In this document: one piece after another, positions 40,403-49,067 of the stretch
Position numbering within the stretch: the first letter of the stretch is position 1
How the letters are laid out: each line of letters begins with the position of its first letter
Origin: Candidatus Limnocylindrales bacterium
Lineage (GTDB): Bacteria; Chloroflexota; Limnocylindria; Limnocylindrales; CSP1-4
Direction: 5' to 3'
Assembly (NCBI GenBank): GCA_038214255.1
Contig: JBBQRZ010000005.1
Coordinates: 49,289-113,288, forward strand
DNA: 64,000 nt
Notes under the pieces: generated by a model
What the model saw: the letters and a program-made list of their open reading frames with translations, nothing else
The model's database searches: none
Told to the model about the DNA's origin: nothing
Made by a program: the position numbers and the translations under genes

Positions 40403-41809
40403 TCAGTAGTAGCCTTGCTGGGTCAGGAAGTCTTTGATCTGCGAGGCCGCCTTGTCCATCGCGGCGCCCCCGCCGCTCCCTGCGGCCAGGGCGATATTCA
40501 GCTCGGTCCCGAGGATGGACTCGACCTTGTTCCAATCCGGCGTCCGCGGTCGAGCCTGCGCGCCGGCGTTGAGCTGAGCCAGGGCGACCGGCAGCAGCCT
40601 GACATTCTTTACCGCCTCCGCGTCGGCAAAGGCCGGTGTCTTGACCGGCAGATCGCCCGCGCGGGCGAGCGCGACCTGCGCGTCCTTGGTGGCGAGCCAC
40701 TTCATGAACGCGATGGCGTTGTCCTTGTTGGGTGCCGATGCGCTCACGCCGTGGATGAAGATCCCGATCTGGGCGATGGCCGACTCCTGCTTGGGTACCA
40801 CGCCGAAATCGAGCTTGCCGACAACCTTGGACTGGGCTGGATCATCGGACTTGATCGCGTTGCCGGAGTACTGGATGATCGCTGCCGCCTCGCCGCCGAG
40901 GATGGCCGCGCCCTCCTGGTTGGAGTCGAACTCAGCGACGCCCTTTGGCGCCAGCGCCTTCAGGGTCGTGACGAAGAAGTCGGCTGCTGCCTTGCCCTTG
41001 TCCGAGTTCAGCGTGACGGTCCACTTGTCGTCGAAGAAGTCGGCCCCGAACGAGCGGAAGATCGGATAGAACGACGTCACGATCGGGTTGCCCTTGACGC
41101 CTCGAAAGACGATGCCGTACTTGATCTTGCCGGCCTGTATCGCGGCCTTGGCTTGGCTGACGAGGTCGTCCCAGGTCGCCGGTGCGCTGGGAAACACGTC
41201 GTTGCGGTACGTCAGCGTCTGGAGGTCGCCGATCGTCGGGAGCGCGATGAGCTTCGGCGTCTCGGACTCGAAGCCCTTCACCCGCGGCCCCTCTCGCGGC
41301 GGCCAGAAGCCGAGGTCCGCGAACGGCTTCGGGTAGTCGGCGTCCATCTCGATGCCGTGCGGCCCGAGGTCTTCCAGGATCCCGGCGGCGGCGTACGCCG
41401 GGATCCATGGGTCATCCATGATATAGATGTCGAACTGGCCGGCCTTCGACGTGCCGTCCTGGAGCGCCTTCGCGTAGAACGAGTCGTACGGTTCCGTCAG
41501 GAACTCGACCTTGGTCCCGGTGGCGGCCTCGAACAGCGGGATGATCTTCTTGAAGACGACGATCGCCCCGTCGTCGAAGGCGCCGATGACGAGCTTGCCG
41601 CCGCCTCCGGCCGCACTCGGGCTCGCTGCAGCCGGCGCAGACGCCGCGACGCTCGCCGCGGCCGAGGGCGCTACCGCCGACCCGCTGGAGTTCGTGGCGC
41701 CACACGCCGCGAGGATCGCTCCGGTCGCTGCGACCCCGCCGGCCGCGAGTCCGAGACGCAGAACGTCCCGACGCGTGAGATGACGGGACAGGATGAAGTC
41801 GTCGCTCAT
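40403..41809 (-). CDS. extracellular solute-binding lipoprotein (family 1 sugar ABC), Tat-type signal
   Basis: TRRDVLRLGLAAGGVAATGAILAAC carries a twin-Arg motif plus a lipobox. The body is typical of sugar-binding proteins. Confidence 0.85.
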   Translation of the reverse strand: MSDDFILSRHLTRRDVLRLGLAAGGVAATGAILAACGATNSSGSAVAPSAAASVAASAPAAASPSAAGGGGKLVIGAFDDGAIVVFKKIIPLFEAATGTKVEFLTEPYDSFYAKALQDGTSKAGQFDIYIMDDPWIPAYAAAGILEDLGPHGIEMDADYPKPFADLGFWPPREGPRVKGFESETPKLIALPTIGDLQTLTYRNDVFPSAPATWDDLVSQAKAAIQAGKIKYGIVFRGVKGNPIVTSFYPIFRSFGADFFDDKWTVTLNSDKGKAAADFFVTTLKALAPKGVAEFDSNQEGAAILGGEAAAIIQYSGNAIKSDDPAQSKVVGKLDFGVVPKQESAIAQIGIFIHGVSASAPNKDNAIAFMKWLATKDAQVALARAGDLPVKTPAFADAEAVKNVRLLPVALAQLNAGAQARPRTPDWNKVESILGTELNIALAAGSGGGAAMDKAASQIKDFLTQQGYY

Positions 41810-42927
41810 GGGATCACTCCTCCTCCTTGTGGGATCGCCGGCCCTTCGCCGACCCGGTGGACCGCGGTCACCCCGCGGTCGTCGAAGAAACAGGCCTTCG
41901 CAGGATCGACGCGGACCCCGACCGGTGCCCCCAGGGGCGCCGTCCAGCCTCGGTCCGCTCGGACCGTGACTCGAGAGTCACCGATAAGCACCTCCACATA
42001 CACCTCGTCCCCCATCGGTTCGACGACATAGACCGTGCCCGGCAGCGTCCCGGGTTGCCCTGCAGCGGCCATCTCGAGGTCGCGCGCACGAAGACCGATC
42101 CGATCAACGTTGGCCGCCGCGCATTCCTCGTAGCGTTGGCCGAGCTCCATGCGAGCGTCGCCCGCGACCATCGCCCGGTGCTCGGCATCCAGAGCGATGC
42201 CGAGCGTATTCATCGGCGGATTCCCCACGAAGTTCGCCACGAACAGGTTCGCCGGTCGGTCGAAGATCTCCTGCGGAGGCGCGTACTGCTGGACGACGCC
42301 GTCGTTGATAAGACACACGCGGTCCGCCATCGTGAGCGCCTCGGCCTGGTCATGGGTCACGTACACGGTCGTGGCGCCTAGACGTTGCTGGAGCCTGCGG
42401 ATCTCGCCGCGCATACTGATCCGCAGCCGAGCATCCAGGTTCGACAGCGGCTCGTCCATGAGAAACGCCGCGGGCTCGCGGATGATCGCTCGGGCGAGCG
42501 CGATGCGCTGGCGCTGGCCGCCCGACAGCTGACGCGGCTTGCGGGCGAGCAGGTGCCCGACCTCGAGCGAGTCGGCGACGCGCCCGACGGCCTTCGCCCG
42601 TTCCGCGGGTGCGACACCCCGGATCTTCAGCGGGTAGCCGATGTTGTCGGCGACCGAGAGGTGCGGATAGAGCGCGTAGCTCTGGAAGACCATGGCCACG
42701 TCGCGTTCTCGTGGGGAGAGGGCTGTCACGTCACGGCCACCGATGCGGACCGTGCCTGCGGTCGGCTTCTCCAGGCCCGCGATGATTCGCAGCGCGGTGG
42801 TCTTGCCGCAGCCGGACGGACCGAGGAGCACGACGAAGTCGCCGTCCGGGACGGTGAGCTGGAGCGAGTCGAGCACGAGCACGCCGTCGAACCGTTTCTC
42901 GATGCCCGAGAGCTCGACCTCAGCCAT
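41806..42927 (-). CDS. sugar ABC transporter ATP-binding protein (MalK/UgpC/MsiK-like)
   Basis: Walker A GPSGCGKTT, signature LSGGQRQRIALARA, Walker B FLMDEPLSNLD, and a C-terminal TOBE-like domain. Confidence 0.9.
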   Translation of the reverse strand: MAEVELSGIEKRFDGVLVLDSLQLTVPDGDFVVLLGPSGCGKTTALRIIAGLEKPTAGTVRIGGRDVTALSPRERDVAMVFQSYALYPHLSVADNIGYPLKIRGVAPAERAKAVGRVADSLEVGHLLARKPRQLSGGQRQRIALARAIIREPAAFLMDEPLSNLDARLRISMRGEIRRLQQRLGATTVYVTHDQAEALTMADRVCLINDGVVQQYAPPQEIFDRPANLFVANFVGNPPMNTLGIALDAEHRAMVAGDARMELGQRYEECAAANVDRIGLRARDLEMAAAGQPGTLPGTVYVVEPMGDEVYVEVLIGDSRVTVRADRGWTAPLGAPVGVRVDPAKACFFDDRGVTAVHRVGEGPAIPQGGGVIP

Positions 42928-42933
42928 GGCGCG

Positions 42934-43875
42934 TCACCCGGAGATGGCCTGCTTGAGGGTCGCGACCGAGCGGCTGATGCAATCCTCGGGCGTGAGCGAG
43001 GGATCCTCGTCCTCGATCGAGACCACGGAGTCGTGGCCGACGGCCTGCAGGGCCCCGATGAGCCGCGACCACGTGTCGACGTCGTGGCCGTCACCGATGG
43101 CTGAGAAGTGCCACGGCGCCCAGCTCGCGTCCACCGGGTAGCGGTGGTCCATCACCCCATTCAGCGCGATCCGCTCCGGATACAGGGTGGTGTCCTTGCC
43201 ATGACACCAGCCAACCACCGGGCCCAGGGCGCCGACGACCTGGATCGGGTCGGCACCCTGCCACCAAAAATGACTCGGGTCCATGTTCACGCCGATGTTG
43301 TCGCCGCAGTAGGCCCGCAGGGCCCGGTATGACTCCAGCGTCCAGACCGAAACGCCTGGGTGCAGCTCGAGGCAGACGCGAACGTCCGGCGCGGCCACCG
43401 ACATCCAGTCGGACATCGCGTGCCAGTACGGCCCCACCTCGGTCTCCATCTGCCACTGCCAGATGGGTTCGTCGTCGTTGGAGATGGACCACAAGCCGAA
43501 GACGCCGATCGGCCCGCCGGTCCGGCCGCCGGGGCTGCCGGCCATCGTCACGACCCGATCGATCCCCAGCAGCGCCGCGAGCTCGATCGCCCCCTTCAGG
43601 GCACCCTGGGCCTCCGCACGAGCGGCCGGGTCGGGGTGGAGCGGATTGCCGGCGGCGTTCACCGCGCTGAAGCGGATCCCGGCATCGTCCAGGTCGCGCT
43701 GCAGCTCGTCGCGCGCGGCCGGGTCGCCAAGCAGGGACGCCAGGTCGAGATGGGTCCGCGCGCCCCACGTGCCGACGCTCATCTCCACGTCCGTGATGTC
43801 GTGCTCGGCGGCCCAGGCGAGCGCCTCGCGACGCGAGAGATGCTTCAGTCCATCGGTGAAGAGCCCGATCCGCAC
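42934..43875 (-). CDS. sugar phosphate isomerase/epimerase (xylose isomerase-like TIM barrel)
   Basis: RIGLFTDGL ... VCLELHPG ... NMDPSHFWWQG motifs. Confidence 0.75.
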   Translation of the reverse strand: MRIGLFTDGLKHLSRREALAWAAEHDITDVEMSVGTWGARTHLDLASLLGDPAARDELQRDLDDAGIRFSAVNAAGNPLHPDPAARAEAQGALKGAIELAALLGIDRVVTMAGSPGGRTGGPIGVFGLWSISNDDEPIWQWQMETEVGPYWHAMSDWMSVAAPDVRVCLELHPGVSVWTLESYRALRAYCGDNIGVNMDPSHFWWQGADPIQVVGALGPVVGWCHGKDTTLYPERIALNGVMDHRYPVDASWAPWHFSAIGDGHDVDTWSRLIGALQAVGHDSVVSIEDEDPSLTPEDCISRSVATLKQAISG

Positions 43876-43926
43876 GCGCGCCTCCTTCTGCTCAGCCCCT
43901 GCCCTGGCCCCCGGGATTCAGGCGAT

Positions 43927-45063
43927 CTACCGTCGCCGGCTCGCCAGCTGAAATGCCTCCAGCAGCGCCGCCAGATCGTCTCGTGCTGCCTCGACGCTGG
44001 CGCGGACCGGCACACCCGACGTGATCGCCGTGTGGAATCCGCGCAGTTCGTTGCGGAACGCCTCTTCGTATGAGACGCGGTAGTCGATGGTCTGGAGTCC
44101 GGCGACGCCCCGATCCGAACGCCATTCGACCAGGCGGGTCGGGTGGTGGCGCAGATAGGGCGACGGGAAGGTCAGCTCGAGGATCCGATCGCGGCAGTAC
44201 GCCGTGACCCGCTCGCGGTAGTCGGCTACACCCGGGAGATTGAGGTGCTCCAGGTGGGCACGGGCGTCGTTGGGCAGCGTCCACGCGAGACTCACGCCCC
44301 GTCCGCCGTCGAAGTACGCCGCGTCGGCGATCGGATGGGGCGCGACCATGCCAAGGGACCGCAGCAGGTGATGGGCCAGGCTCACGTCGTGAACGAGCGA
44401 CCCGAGGTACGCCTCAAAGGCGCGCGCGTCCGCCGCCTCGGGATCGGCACCGAGGGCCTCGCGGACCGCCTCGCCGCCGCGACGCCTGGTCGCCGCGATC
44501 AGGTCCGCCGGGACGTCGCGACCCAGCACCAGCCCGAGGTGATCGACGAAAGGCGCCTGGTCCGGATCGTTGACCTCGACCGATAGGTAGACCAGCTCCG
44601 CCGGGCGCTCCGTAAGCAACTCGACCATTCGCTCGACGGCCGGGTCGTACAGCTTCATGTACCCGCACTGGACGACCCGGTCGCCGCGGGCCGCGATAAT
44701 CTCGTCGCACTCGGCAAGGCTGAGCGCGAGCGGCTTCTCGCAGAAGACGTGCAGCCCGGCGGCCAGCGCAGTCAGGACCGCGTCGCGATGGGCGGGGTCG
44801 GGGACGGCGATGACGACCGCGTCGAGGCCCAGGTCGATCGCTTCCTCGAGCGTCGCGCAGGCATGCGGGAGGCCATACCGCTCGGCGACCGCGTCGCGGA
44901 CCGTTTGTGAGGGATCGGCGACGGCGACGAACTCGAATCGATCGCGTTCGTCCCAGAGGGTCGGCGCGTGGGCCGCCTGACCCACCAGACCGGCGCCGAA
45001 CAACGCCACGCGAAGTCGGGTCCGCGTTCGACTGGATGAGGCCGGTGACGGGGCCGTCGGCAT
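43927..45063 (-). CDS. Gfo/Idh/MocA-family oxidoreductase
   Basis: ATG at 45063 within ORF 43927..45375. Rossmann motif LRVALFGAGLVGQAAH and catalytic-region motif FCEKPLA. Confidence 0.8.
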   Translation of the reverse strand: MPTAPSPASSSRTRTRLRVALFGAGLVGQAAHAPTLWDERDRFEFVAVADPSQTVRDAVAERYGLPHACATLEEAIDLGLDAVVIAVPDPAHRDAVLTALAAGLHVFCEKPLALSLAECDEIIAARGDRVVQCGYMKLYDPAVERMVELLTERPAELVYLSVEVNDPDQAPFVDHLGLVLGRDVPADLIAATRRRGGEAVREALGADPEAADARAFEAYLGSLVHDVSLAHHLLRSLGMVAPHPIADAAYFDGGRGVSLAWTLPNDARAHLEHLNLPGVADYRERVTAYCRDRILELTFPSPYLRHHPTRLVEWRSDRGVAGLQTIDYRVSYEEAFRNELRGFHTAITSGVPVRASVEAARDDLAALLEAFQLASRRR

Positions 45064-45109
45064 GCGTCGCACCCTCGAGCGGGTGGGTGATCGGCGGTTC
45101 TGAGCGGGG

Positions 45110-45137
45110 AGTGTAATCGATTCCATTCTCGTGTCAA
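45110..45137 (-). promoter_or_regulatory. internal sigma70-like promoter TTGACA-16 nt-TACACT (minus strand)
   Basis: Reverse complement of 45132..45137 is TTGACA and of 45110..45115 is TACACT. It lies in the 89-bp gap upstream of the oxidoreductase start at 45063. Confidence 0.55.
45112..45125 (-). promoter_or_regulatory. LacI/GalR-type operator TGGAATCGATTACA overlapping the -10 box
   Basis: The minus-strand sequence matches the family consensus TGnAAnCGnTTnCA at every constrained position. The core AATCGATT is a perfect palindrome. A LacI-family repressor is encoded in the same operon. Confidence 0.6.
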
Positions 45138-45152
45138 CGAGGGTCGCGCGGG

Positions 45153-46172
45153 TCAGTCCACGACGGTCGGACGCCCATTGCGGAGGGACCGATCCGCGGC
45201 CAGCGCGATGGCCAGCGCGGTCCTTCCAGCCGAGGCCGCCACGTCCACCGGGCGGTCCTCGGCGATGGCTCGAATGAACCCGCGCGTCTGCGCGACGTAT
45301 CCCGCTTCGAAGCGCGGGTGCGACGGGTCGACGCCGTCCGTCGAGACCGATCCCGTGGCGCCGCCACCGCTCCATTAACCCTGGGTGAGCGGGAGGCGCC
45401 CCACCCAGACGGAGCCGGCGGTGGCGAGCACCTCGGTGCGCACGTCCTCGCCGTACGTCGTGTTCCGGGCCAGTTCGACGGTGTCCGTGGCGCCACCGGC
45501 AAATCGGAGGTTGACGACCGCGCTGTCGACGTCACCGACCTCGGCGAGTTCGGGGTGCGCCACGCTCGAACCGTAGGCGTGGACCTCGGCGACGGCGTCG
45601 TCCATGAGCCAGCACGCGAGGTCGAACTCGTGGATTCCCATGTCGACCATGATCCCGCCGCTGACCCTCGGTTCGGCGAAGGCCGGGGCCGGCGGCTCCG
45701 CATCGAACTGGAGCGACTTGAACAGGATCGGGCGCCCGAGGTCGCCTGACGCGAGCCGGGCCTTGGCGCGGGCGTAGTCCGGGTCCCAGCGCCGCATGAA
45801 GCCGACCTGGAGACGGACGCCGGCGCCGTCGGTAGCCGCGATCGCCTCGTCCGTGCCTGACAGAGTCAGCGCGATCGGCTTCTCGCAGAGGATGTCCTTG
45901 CCGGCGGCCGCCGCGGCGAGAATGGCCTCTAGGTGTCGGTTGGACGAGGTTGCGATGAGGACGACGTCCAGGCCGGGCGCGGCCAATAGATCGTCGATCG
46001 AGCCGAAAATGGGTGGGTCGCCGAGCTCAGTCGCCAACCGGCGCGCGGCATCGAGGTTCACATCGGCGATGCCGGCGAGGCGCGCCTCCGGGACGCGGCC
46101 GGCGATGAGGCGCGCATGCGTCGATCCCATCCGGCCGGCGCCGACGAGGCCGATCGAGACTCGGGCGGTCAT
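45153..46172 (-). pseudogene. inositol 2-dehydrogenase-like Gfo/Idh/MocA oxidoreductase interrupted by an in-frame TAA
   Basis: N-terminal 265 codons (MTARVSIGLVGAGRMG ... CEKPIA ...) end at the TAA at 45375..45377. The same frame continues directly for 73 more codons (WSGGGATGS ... HPRFEAGYVAQTRGFIRAIAEDRPV ... ALAIALAADRSLRNGRPTVVD), the expected family C-terminus. Total length is about 339 codons, typical for the family. Confidence 0.7.
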
Positions 46173-46259
46173 AGGATCGTGTCCGCGGCGGTTGATCGGG
46201 CGGCTCGCGCTGGCATCGTGGAGCACCTCGTCTTGTGATACGCGGGATCGCGGAGCGCG

Positions 46260-46895
46260 TCAGCCCAGCGCGAGGATCCCCGTCAGCGGCTCGCCCGTGG
46301 ATTGCCGCAGGCCCCCCGCGCCGATCGTGATCTTGACGTCGTCGCGGTCCGGCCAGTTCGGGTCGTAGAGGCGAAGCGTGGTCGGTCCCGCCGTGCTCTG
46401 GAAGGCGTAAGCGTAGGCCAGCACCTGGTGGCTATCGGTCAGGTGCCACGGATTCCAGCCCTGGTGGCGGACGAGTCCGACCATCGCGAGGCGGCCCGCA
46501 TCGATGGTCGCGCGGATCCGGGGCCACTCCGCGTCGCGGCTCCGTTGCAGCGCCGCCTCGGGCCGGCGCAGGCCCATCCACCAGAAGCGCATCGGGCCCC
46601 GGAACCAGTCGAGCGACAGGATCTGGCGGCGTACGATCGAGCGGAACAGGGGCGATCCGTTGTCGGGGGCGGCCGTGTCGGGCGGGATGGGTTGGCCGGC
46701 CTCGAACTGCTCACGCACGAGCCAGCTCATGCCCCCGCACAGGCCCGCGGCGGCGTCCCCGACGCCGATCCAGCGCGGATCGATGAACCCGAACCGCACG
46801 GTCGGACCGGGCGGGTAGCGATTCGAGAAGTGCAGCCCGTTCAGGCTCGGGACGAAGCCCGGTACGGCGTTGGACTCGGTCATCTCGGGCCGCAT
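46260..46895 (-). CDS. hypothetical protein with papain-like Cys-His-Asp/Asn pattern
   Basis: No signal peptide. GDAAAGLCGGMSWLV (candidate nucleophile Cys), DSHQVLAYAY (candidate His) and RLYDPNWP (candidate Asp/Asn) occur in the order seen in C39-like/BtrH-N-like folds. Confidence 0.5.
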   Translation of the reverse strand: MRPEMTESNAVPGFVPSLNGLHFSNRYPPGPTVRFGFIDPRWIGVGDAAAGLCGGMSWLVREQFEAGQPIPPDTAAPDNGSPLFRSIVRRQILSLDWFRGPMRFWWMGLRRPEAALQRSRDAEWPRIRATIDAGRLAMVGLVRHQGWNPWHLTDSHQVLAYAYAFQSTAGPTTLRLYDPNWPDRDDVKITIGAGGLRQSTGEPLTGILALG

Positions 46896-46943
46896 CGTAT
46901 CGCGGCACGCGCCGCGCGCGGGACATGAGCTACAGCGCGGTCG

Positions 46944-48890
46944 TCACCGACTGGGACCCGCCGGGACCACCTCCGGCGATGGGGATGCGGTCGCGACCGG
47001 CTCGGGCGTCGCGATCGGCTCGGGCGTCGCGATCGGCTCGGGCACGACCTTGACCCGGATGACGGTCGGATCGACACCGGCGGCGACGATCGAGCCATCG
47101 TCCGGCGTCACGATGTCGAAGACGAGCATGTAGTCGCCCGGCGCCCACGGCGCGAACACCGGTAGCTTCGCTTTCACGACCTGGCCTGGGGCGAGGCCCG
47201 GCGGCAGGTCGGCGGGCGTTGCCGAGGCCGATTGGACGGCCTGGGTCGTGACCGGGTCGTCGCCGCCGAGCACGACCCAGCGGGCGACGACCTGAGCCGA
47301 GGTCACCGGCGTGCTGTTCCGGTGGCTCACCGCCGCCTCGTGGCCCCAGGCCCCGGTGCCGAGGTTCGCCACCCACAGGCCGACATCGGTCGTGGCGCCG
47401 GCGGTCAGCTGCACGCGGGCGGGTGCCACGATCTGCGCGTCGAGTGCGGCGGTGACGCGCACGAGCAGCGACGGCAGCATGGCCTGCGTGGCGGCGTCGT
47501 AGGCGACACCGTCCGCATCGTGCAGCGTCATGGCCAGGCGGTAGCGCCCGGCGATCTTTGGCAGGGTGACCGGGAAGGCAATGACCGTCCTGGTGATCTT
47601 GCCCTTCACCGGCGCGACCACGTCGCCGAATCGCTCGGGGACGACGAGGCCGAGGCTGGGCGGCGTCGGGTCGCTCGGCGTGGCGGCCGCCGTCTCGCCC
47701 GGCGTGGCCGCCGGGTCGACAGATGCGGCCGCGCCCGCCGGCGGCGCAGTGGCCGCGCCGGATGTCGGCGCGGCTGACGGATCGGGAGATGCCGACGCGG
47801 GCGCGGCCGCGTCCCCGGCGTGTTCCGTCGCCACGTCGATCGGATCCCACCGTACGCTCGCTTCGACCCCCTTGGGAAGCCGCCCCCGATCCGCGATGAC
47901 GTAGGTGAAGCGGTACTCGATCTGGTTGCCGACCGACGTCTGGCCCCGCAGCCGCGGCGACGTGAGCGCGATCCCGGTCGAGGTCAGGCCGGGCGTCAAG
48001 GGCGCGGCCGGCGGTGTCGGACGGTCGGTCCGGGTGCTGGGCCGGCCGCGCGCGCCGGACAGGACGTCGACGGAGGCGAGACCGGCCTTGATGACGATCG
48101 AGCGCGTGAACCCGGAGCCGCGGCGCTCGGGGTCCATCTGGGCGATGTAGCCGGGGCTGCGTCGACTCTGGAAGGCGAACACGTGACCATTGGCGGTCGG
48201 GGCGTCGCGCCAGGCCGCGTTGATCGAGCGGCGACCGCCAAGGACGCTCCGGACCATGTCGTTGGGCGGCGCCCATGCCTCGGCCACGACCGCGGCGGCG
48301 CCCGCCGCGATGAAGCCGGCCGCGAAGTTGTCGACGCGTTGGCGTGCCATCGCGAGCGTGCCCTCGGCGACGCCCGGCTCGCTGTTGCCGGACGCGTAGC
48401 ACAGGTGGTTGAGCAGCACGACGGCGTTCGGGGCGAGCTGCACGTCGGACTCGATCCTGGCCTCGCCGAAGTACTGATGCGTGTCGTCGTTGCCGTTCGG
48501 GCTGGGATTGAGCCCGAACCCGTTCTGGGTCGGCGGGTAGAGGGCGTCGCGATACGGGCTGGGCCAGCCGTTGCCGTGGCCCATGTAGATGACGAGGCTG
48601 GCGCCCTGGAGCGCGGCTCGAACCGCCGGCCAGGTGGCGTTGGGGGAGTAGATCTCGGTGACGTCCGGCGTATAGGTGCGCGCCAGGTCTGCCGCGACCC
48701 TCGCCTCGGCGCGATAGCGCGGCGTGGCCACCCCGGCCGGACCCACGATGACGACGACCCGGGGGACGGTGCCTCGCCCGGCGGGGGAGGCGGCCGCGAC
48801 CGTGGCAGGCGCCAGCGCGGGCATGACCAGTCCGGCCATCACCAACGACGTGACCACCCCGATGAACCAGCGCCTCACGACAGGGAGCAC
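46944..48890 (-). CDS. secreted protein with N-terminal caspase/gingipain-like (clan CD) His-Cys dyad pattern and C-terminal beta-rich domains
   Basis: Signal peptide. [12 protein letters not shown] and [13 protein letters not shown] follow hydrophobic strands, as in clan CD peptidases. There is a low-complexity Pro/Ala linker and a C-terminal [18 protein letters not shown] repeat. Confidence 0.5.
   Translation of the reverse strand: MLPVVRRWFIGVVTSLVMAGLVMPALAPATVAAASPAGRGTVPRVVVIVGPAGVATPRYRAEARVAADLARTYTPDVTEIYSPNATWPAVRAALQGASLVIYMGHGNGWPSPYRDALYPPTQNGFGLNPSPNGNDDTHQYFGEARIESDVQLAPNAVVLLNHLCYASGNSEPGVAEGTLAMARQRVDNFAAGFIAAGAAAVVAEAWAPPNDMVRSVLGGRRSINAAWRDAPTANGHVFAFQSRRSPGYIAQMDPERRGSGFTRSIVIKAGLASVDVLSGARGRPSTRTDRPTPPAAPLTPGLTSTGIALTSPRLRGQTSVGNQIEYRFTYVIADRGRLPKGVEASVRWDPIDVATEHAGDAAAPASASPDPSAAPTSGAATAPPAGAAASVDPAATPGETAAATPSDPTPPSLGLVVPERFGDVVAPVKGKITRTVIAFPVTLPKIAGRYRLAMTLHDADGVAYDAATQAMLPSLLVRVTAALDAQIVAPARVQLTAGATTDVGLWVANLGTGAWGHEAAVSHRNSTPVTSAQVVARWVVLGGDDPVTTQAVQSASATPADLPPGLAPGQVVKAKLPVFAPWAPGDYMLVFDIVTPDDGSIVAAGVDPTVIRVKVVPEPIATPEPIATPEPVATASPSPEVVPAGPSR
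46993..47046. repeat. 18-bp tandem repeat x3 inside the coding sequence (encodes PEPIAT repeats)
   Basis: GCGA(C/T)CGGCTCGGGCGTC at 46993, 47011 and 47029. Confidence 0.85.
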
Positions 48891-49067
48891 CCCTACGCGA
48901 CTCCACCCATGGCTGTTCCGGAGGGGCCGAACCCCGCCTCAGTGGAGCAGACCATACCTGTGGGACGTTATCCATCAGTTATCGCCCCCCTCCCCGCGAT
49001 TCGCGGTGCCGGAGCGCACCACGTACCGCCGTCCGCCGGGCGTCGAGCACCGGGCTACCATCGGGCC

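Noticed and set aside
45375-45377. Stop-codon recoding (selenocysteine or pyrrolysine) at the in-frame stop of the IolG-like gene.
   Set aside because: The codon is TAA, not TGA or TAG. No SECIS-like hairpin is evident, and this enzyme family is not known to use recoded residues. A nonsense mutation or a base-call error is more parsimonious.
46993-47046. Short tandem repeats as possible CRISPR or minisatellite loci (also 35610..35684 and 15520..15553).
   Set aside because: The units are contiguous or in-frame coding repeats (PEPIAT x3 and the LigD linker), or a simple 2-copy duplication. There are no spacer-repeat alternations, and no cas genes are present in the window.
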